A DNA stretch of 62,959 nucleotides, the filler included. It is 7 parts of 7 records of this genome, joined end to end, with 100 filler letters (N's around TTAATTAATTAA, not from the genome) between each part and the next. Parts side by side here need not be neighbours in the genome. Positions count along the whole stretch, not along the records: positions 53,443 to 62,959 come from SRR7504441_478; 6 more parts are not named here. The stretch is one strand, 5' to 3'. Position 1 is the stretch's first letter; every line of letters begins with the position of its first letter. The translations under genes were made by a program, and so were the position numbers. This document shows positions 57,219 through 62,959 of the stretch, in pieces. A model generated the notes under the pieces. The model ran no database searches. It saw only the letters and a list, made by a program, of their open reading frames with translations, and had not been told where the DNA came from.

Positions 57219-58697
57219 ATGCAGCCGAGCTGGGAGGCGACGCTCAGCTCGATCATCCAGACCACCGAGCACAACCTCAACCAATGCGGCGCCAAGACGC
57301 TCGGCCAGCCGGGGCTGCTTCAGAACAAAGAGAACGCCCACCCGAACCGGCCGCACTCCCCGCTCCAGACCGTGCTGACCCTAGACGCGCCCGGGAGGGA
57401 CGACGTGGCTCAGCTGCGGTCACTGGTCAACCGACTCGACGGCCGGCTCTCGTCGGAGATCGATCGGATCGGGGGCGAGTCCCAGCGGGGTTTGGACGCG
57501 GTAAGAGACGAGCTGCGGGCTCAGGCGATCCATCAGGACTTGTGGGAGTCCTCCGAGCGGCGGCTGCTGATGCTCATCGACAAGGTCCACGCGATTGAGA
57601 GCCGGTCGATTGGCCTTCCCCCGTTGGCGGACCAACCGCTGGCTTCGGTCAGCGGGTCCGGGGCCGATCCGCTCAAACTAGCCCAGCTGGAGCGGGCGGT
57701 GCTGGAGCTGCAGCCGATGAGCCAGCTGCCCGGACGGATGGGCCAGATCGAGGCCCGACTGAACGCGATGCAGTCCCGTCCGGCGGGGCAGGGCGGCGAG
57801 GCGGATGGGGCGCGGGCTGCGGAGATCGCGAGGCTAGAAGATAAGATGTTGACCATCCAGCGGGATATTGACGACGACGGGCTGCTCAACCAGGTGTCGC
57901 TGGTGAAGCACGAGGTGGAGGCGTACAAAATGGAGGTCGGAGAAATGGAAGAGCGACTTGCCGATCTGGAGTCGCAGCACGAGCGGGGCCGGAGCGCGCA
58001 GCAGGGCCGGCTGGACGAGCTGGAGCGGGCGGCCGGCCGGCGGGCCGACGGGGATGAACCGTTGCTCCACGCTCAGGTGCTTTAGGGCCGTTTGATGGGG
58101 GGTGAGTGGGTGGGCAGTTGGCCGATTTGATGGGCGTGGTGCATGCGCACGCTACGAGGATCCAGGAACAAGATGGTATGCTGCAGCAGCTGCGCGCCGA
58201 GTACGAGCGCGACGTGGCCTCGCTCACGGCCAAGGCACGGCGCCGGCTGAGCGGCTGAGGTGACTGGGCCGGTTCAGGTGGATTCGCCTCTGGGCTCTCC
58301 GAGTGAGCTGCCTCAGCAGAATGCAGAGGCCTTGGACCAAGTGGCGCGCAAACTGCAGCTGACCAAGCAGAATGTGACTGGCGACCGGGCTCAGCTGCAG
58401 CAGTGTTGCGATATGGTGGTGAAGCTAGGGAACAAATCAATCGATGAGAGCCAGAAGTTGGACCAGCAGACTGAGCTGCTTACAATGATGCAGGCGAGGC
58501 TGTCCGAGCTATCCGCGGAGCTACAAGCCGAGCGGCGGGAGCGGCTGACGCTGGAGCGGGAGGTAAAGTGGTGGATTGAGCGGCAGAAGGGTGTGCCTCT
58601 GGACGAAGTTGATGACCCCGAGCCCAACTCCGAGCTGTCGGAGCATCACTCACCCACGTTCCAGCTTTCAGACCTGAGCGTTCCCGATACTCCGTGA
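57219..58697 (+). CDS. Coiled-coil protein; 2 introns (one GC-AG, 58235-58277)
   Basis: Heptad-rich exons joined in frame by short introns. Confidence 0.7.
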
Positions 58698-58880
58698 GCT
58701 GCCGCGAGCTCAGTAAGTGCCTGCATTCGCTATCGTGAATCTTGCTTTAAATCAGCTTCAAGGCGGCGGGGTCCCTCGGAACTGAAGCTACGTATGTACA
58801 TACCTAGCTACGTGACGCATACCGTGAATTAAACTTAGCGTTAATATCACAAATATCATTAATAACCGGCCTCCATCGAA

Positions 58881-60987
58881 TCATAATTGCTCTCGAGCAT
58901 CATTGCTCCATCGAGCAATGATGCGGGTTTGCTCCGGCATTGCTTGCGATTGCGCTTGCGAGATTCTCAACGCATCCTGATAGGGCGTTGTGATCTCCTC
59001 TTCGTCGATCGCCAAGTCCCGGCCTTCTTGGTCGGCCGATTGCAGTGCCTCTAGCATGATCTCGCTGCTCTCGATCCACTGCCAGCCACTCAGTTCTAGT
59101 CGGCAGGCTTATGGGACTGCCTTTTGCTTGGCGGCCGGCGAGAGCTTGATGTCCAAGTCGTCCCAGAGATCATTCCTCGCAACCAGGAGATAGAACCCGA
59201 TCATCTTCACCCCCCGACTCAGCCGCCTCAGCCAACCCGCCGGCACCGTCAACGCGGTAGGATGTTCGGTAGTCGAATACTGCGGGACCAGCCGCTTTAT
59301 CTGGTCGATCCTAGCTCTATCGACAGAGCCCATACCGGCTCTGCCTCCCTTGATCGACTCCAGAGTGCTCACTAGCTCCTCGATTTCGACCAGAAAATTG
59401 CAGTCAGTGTCCGCAGAGACGAACGCCTGGTTCAGTTTGAATCTGGCTTCTTCGGACTCAAATATTGTGTCGTTATCTTTCCACCGTTCCACCGCAGCGT
59501 GAATCTGCTTCTGGAGCTCCTCAGGATTCTCCTCCAAGCTAGCCGACGCCGCAGTCTCTTGATCAAACAACTGCCAGCCGATCAGCAGAGCCATCTGTTG
59601 ATTGGACCTGCTCCTCGCAACTGTTGCTCTCGTGTCGACAGCCCAGCCGGTCACGCTCGAGCCAGTCTTGGTCGTATTCGCCTGCACCGATCATCAGGCT
59701 ACACACCGAGCCTGGGCACACCCCAGCCGCGCGAACGCTGCTCGTAATAGCCCTCAGGTCGCAGCACAAGCGAGCACCGCCGACGCCGGTACCTGCAAAC
59801 CTGGTGGGTCGCCGCACAAGCCGGCGGGCACTCGCGGTTCCAGTCTTTGTGCCCGAAGAAGGTCTCGCTGATCGTGGGCGTGAGAAAGTTCCAGATGTAG
59901 CTTGAGACAGTCAGGCCTTGGCTGACGGTGAACAGATACCCATTCTGGAGCGCCTGCGCCGTTATCAATGCGGAGGCCTGCAGGGGCTGGACACCACGAG
60001 GGTCGCATACATCAGGTTGCACTGGGAGAAAGCGAGCACAAAGAAAGCAAAAACAAGCTCAACTACGTATGTGCTCTCCGACTGCGAGATGCACCGAATG
60101 CTCTGGTAGCCGCTCCATGAGGAGACGCTGCAAGGCAGAGCTGAGTCGTAGTACGCCTTTCGAGTGAGGTAGACTAAGCTCAGGATGAGCCCTGCGAGCG
60201 TGAATCCGAGCACTCCGAGAGAGTAGATCACCATCATCAGACGACCGTTCCGATAGAACCAGCGCTCCCCGACTGTTCCCATGAATGGATCCAGCCCGTA
60301 CCGCTTGACCATTCTGAGTCGCATCACGTCGGATAGGGCAAACATTGCAGCCTCGATTAGAATTAGCCCGCCTACAGTAATCAGTAGGTATCGGCAACTG
60401 CGCTGGACATCGCGGCTTGTGCTCAGCTGGACGTCCGTCACCCTGCACACGCTCTCCAGGATGGCAGCCAGCTTGCTGTCGCCGCCATGATACTCATCGC
60501 CCAGGCCATCCGTCCACGGGCCGCTGCCGCTGTAAGTGGCCCCATGCACGGCGCTCTGCCCGGTGTAGGCGCTGGTCGAGAGGTACGGCGAGTAGTGGTT
60601 GACCACGTCGCTGATGGTGAGCGTGATGCAGGTGCTGATTAGCCCTATTTTGACAAGAATATACCACCCGGCGAGCGCCCACACCCAGCCCGCGTTGTCT
60701 CTCAGCGCCACTGCGGCGTCCATCAGCAGCTTGATCGACTCAGTGGCGCTAACGGTTATCCGGCGCGGCTGGGGGCTCACCCGCAGGTCGGCCCACTGCT
60801 CCCCGCGCAGTGTGAGGCAGCCGGGCTGGTCCATTACGGTCTGGAGGTGCAGCTGCTTCATCCGGCGGAACAATCGGTGATTGGCCACCTTTTGTACTTC
60901 CAACTCGGCCCGCAAGTGGTCCGGCAGCCAGCCGGTCCCCGGCCTGGGCGGTCTGTCCGCCGCCTCCCCGGCCTGACTAAACCACAT
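58881..60987 (-). CDS. Multi-pass membrane protein with an EF-hand-like loop, spliced
   Basis: Several hydrophobic helices in the 340-aa ORF; a downstream exon carries ADTDCNFLVEIEEL. 3' end tentative. Confidence 0.6.
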
Positions 60988-61113
60988 CCTGCCGAGCTCA
61001 CTGGGTAAGAGTCAGCTCGCTGGTTGCGCCACTTGCGGACTCGCCGGATGATTAACGGCACTCTAACGACTTCCGTCGCCAAGGCGACTCGTCGGACTGG
61101 CATTTCCGGGCTG

Positions 61114-62475
61114 ATGGCCGGCCGCTTGTGGCTTGCCCTGGTCGCGCTGGTACTGGCTGCCGCACAACAGTCACCAGGTCGCCCAGTCTGGACCGACCGA
61201 CCGAAAGGCGGAGGCCGATGCTCCTCACTGTCCGACTGCAACGGCGGCGGCCCCTGCGAGGCAGCACAGTGTGTGTGCGACGATACCTGGACTGGGCCGC
61301 ACTGCGAGGCGCTCGACTTGCTGCCGATAGAGAAGGATGCCGCCGGCTGGCCATTCACCCGGGCGGCCTGGACCGCTCCGCAGCTGCCGACAGATGTGGG
61401 CTTTCCGTGGGGCGGGGCGATGGCGGAGGAGCCGGAGGGCACTTTCCACCTATTTTTCACCGAGTGGCTCAACCACTGCCCGATGACGTTCGACACCTTC
61501 TACACCAGTACCCGCATCGCCCACGCCACAGCGCCGACGCCGCTCGGCCCGTGGACGCCTGCTGCCGCGGCGGTGGTCCCTCCAGCAGCGGGCAACCCGG
61601 CGCTAAGTCGGGCGCCCGACGGGACTTGGCTGCTGTATTACACGAATCATCGGCAACCTGCGGCCGTGGTGTCAGCAGCTCGGAACTGCTCCGGACCGGT
61701 GGACACGTGGGGCAACTGTTCTATCAATCCTGCCGTCTTCCCTTGGAACAAGAGCTCCACCTGCGCTAGCCAGGCTGCTGGCGAGCCTTTCGGGGTCAGC
61801 CTGGCGTACACAAAGGACCTCAACCAGGGGCCGTGGAAGTATCAAGAGAACGTGATCAGCGTGCCTGCGTCCAACCCTGGTGGGCCCTTCTTCCTACCCA
61901 ACGGCACGATGCTGATGCCTTTCCAGACGTGGCGACCGGGCCACCCCTGCACAACGCCGACGTGCATCAGCATTGTGTCGGCACCATCTTGGGATGCATG
62001 GCCGTACAGCACCTACCCTCTCGGGCCAGCACCTGGCGGGAATGCGTCGTCCTGTATCGAGCAATACAATGCAAGCGCAATCAACCCTGCGACCGGCAAG
62101 CGCCGAGGTGGCAGCGTCGAAGATCCGTCGCAGATTTGGCGCGACCAGCGTGGTACGCTCCACCTCCTTATGCACCAAGCTCACAATGGAGGCCGTGCCT
62201 ACAGCACGGATGATGGGAACAGCTGGCATTATAACTATTCAGTACAGGCATTCTCGTTTCGCCCAAGCGTGTCCGATGGGACTGTGGTCGATTGTTTGCT
62301 TAACGCAGCTAGCTCCCGTGGCGAGCCCAGGGTATTGCTCGATCGCAAGACGGGCGTGCCCACAATGCTGTCTACGGTGTGCTATAGGGGTGACGGCCCT
62401 GGCAAGGCTGCTGATGGACAGAGTCAATTTTGGTCTCGCATACTGCTGCAAAAAATTAACAACAAGATATTATAG
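61114..62475 (+). CDS. Secreted EGF-like + five-bladed beta-propeller (GH43/GH-F clan-like) protein
   Basis: Signal peptide, CNGGGPC..CVCDDTWTGPHC, WGG, IAHATAPTPLGPW and VEDPSQIWRD. Intronless. Confidence 0.75.
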   Translation: MAGRLWLALVALVLAAAQQSPGRPVWTDRPKGGGRCSSLSDCNGGGPCEAAQCVCDDTWTGPHCEALDLLPIEKDAAGWPFTRAAWTAPQLPTDVGFPWGGAMAEEPEGTFHLFFTEWLNHCPMTFDTFYTSTRIAHATAPTPLGPWTPAAAAVVPPAAGNPALSRAPDGTWLLYYTNHRQPAAVVSAARNCSGPVDTWGNCSINPAVFPWNKSSTCASQAAGEPFGVSLAYTKDLNQGPWKYQENVISVPASNPGGPFFLPNGTMLMPFQTWRPGHPCTTPTCISIVSAPSWDAWPYSTYPLGPAPGGNASSCIEQYNASAINPATGKRRGGSVEDPSQIWRDQRGTLHLLMHQAHNGGRAYSTDDGNSWHYNYSVQAFSFRPSVSDGTVVDCLLNAASSRGEPRVLLDRKTGVPTMLSTVCYRGDGPGKAADGQSQFWSRILLQKINNKIL

Positions 62476-62959
62476 ACGTTGCGCGCGTGCGAAATCATCG
62501 GACGGATACGAGTGTGCCCAGCCCGCCCGGCACACTGAGCGCCATCCCCACGCGCCCATGCACTCAACGCCGCCCGGCCCAAGACAATCTGGCAAGGTTC
62601 CCGCCATCGCGCTGGCCTTTGTAACAGGATTTCGGTCTTTGAGACTAAATTACATCCATCAGCGCTGATGGAAGCTAATCATTGAACGACGTATCGCTAA
62701 GTTGATACACGATTGATTTTTTGATTTTGAATGACTTGGTTATAAGTACACGTGCATGAACAAGAACATAAAATGAAAAGTGAATATGATATTGTACTAT
62801 TATAGCATCTTCCTACTAGGGGGAGGTCTATACCCCCCAAGACTTGAGTCGCTTTGCCAAGGGGGTGGTCAGAACCCCGCAAAGGACGCCCTCTAATAGA
62901 GGGTCCCCTCTAGGAGCAATTTGCCCCGACTCTGATGTACATATACAGATCGGAAGAGC

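Noticed and set aside
1-62959. CRISPR arrays, tRNA/rRNA genes, transposase or viral genes
   Set aside because: None recognisable by eye; no spaced repeat arrays or integrase/RT/capsid motifs were seen.

Overview
Gene-dense nuclear DNA from a unicellular eukaryote (lineage not determinable from this window). It is assembled as 7 pieces joined by artificial 100-bp N/TTAATTAATTAA linkers. About 35 protein genes are packed in largely alternating orientation. Recognisable genes include PP4 catalytic subunit, GPI8/PIG-K, Der/EngA GTPase, PRP38 with a C-terminal HIND, a two-pore channel, an SDR-type threonine dehydrogenase with an EF-hand, GH32, an old yellow enzyme, an amidoligase-2, SET, TPR, DnaJ, a TDP2-like EEP, a HAD protein, methyltransferases and a giant ankyrin protein. 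The most striking signals are genome-architectural. (1) Nearly every gene start (18 of 22 start regions inspected) carries a Myb-type YAACGG/CCGTTR element, usually inside a 58-133 bp bidirectional promoter shared by head-to-head genes. (2) Introns are tiny (mostly 35-48 nt), very dense in conserved genes, and about 20% use GC donors; a HIND-bearing PRP38 lies in the same window. (3) Genes show a steep 5'-to-3' GC and CpG decline. All intron and domain calls were made by eye and need RNA-seq and HMM confirmation.
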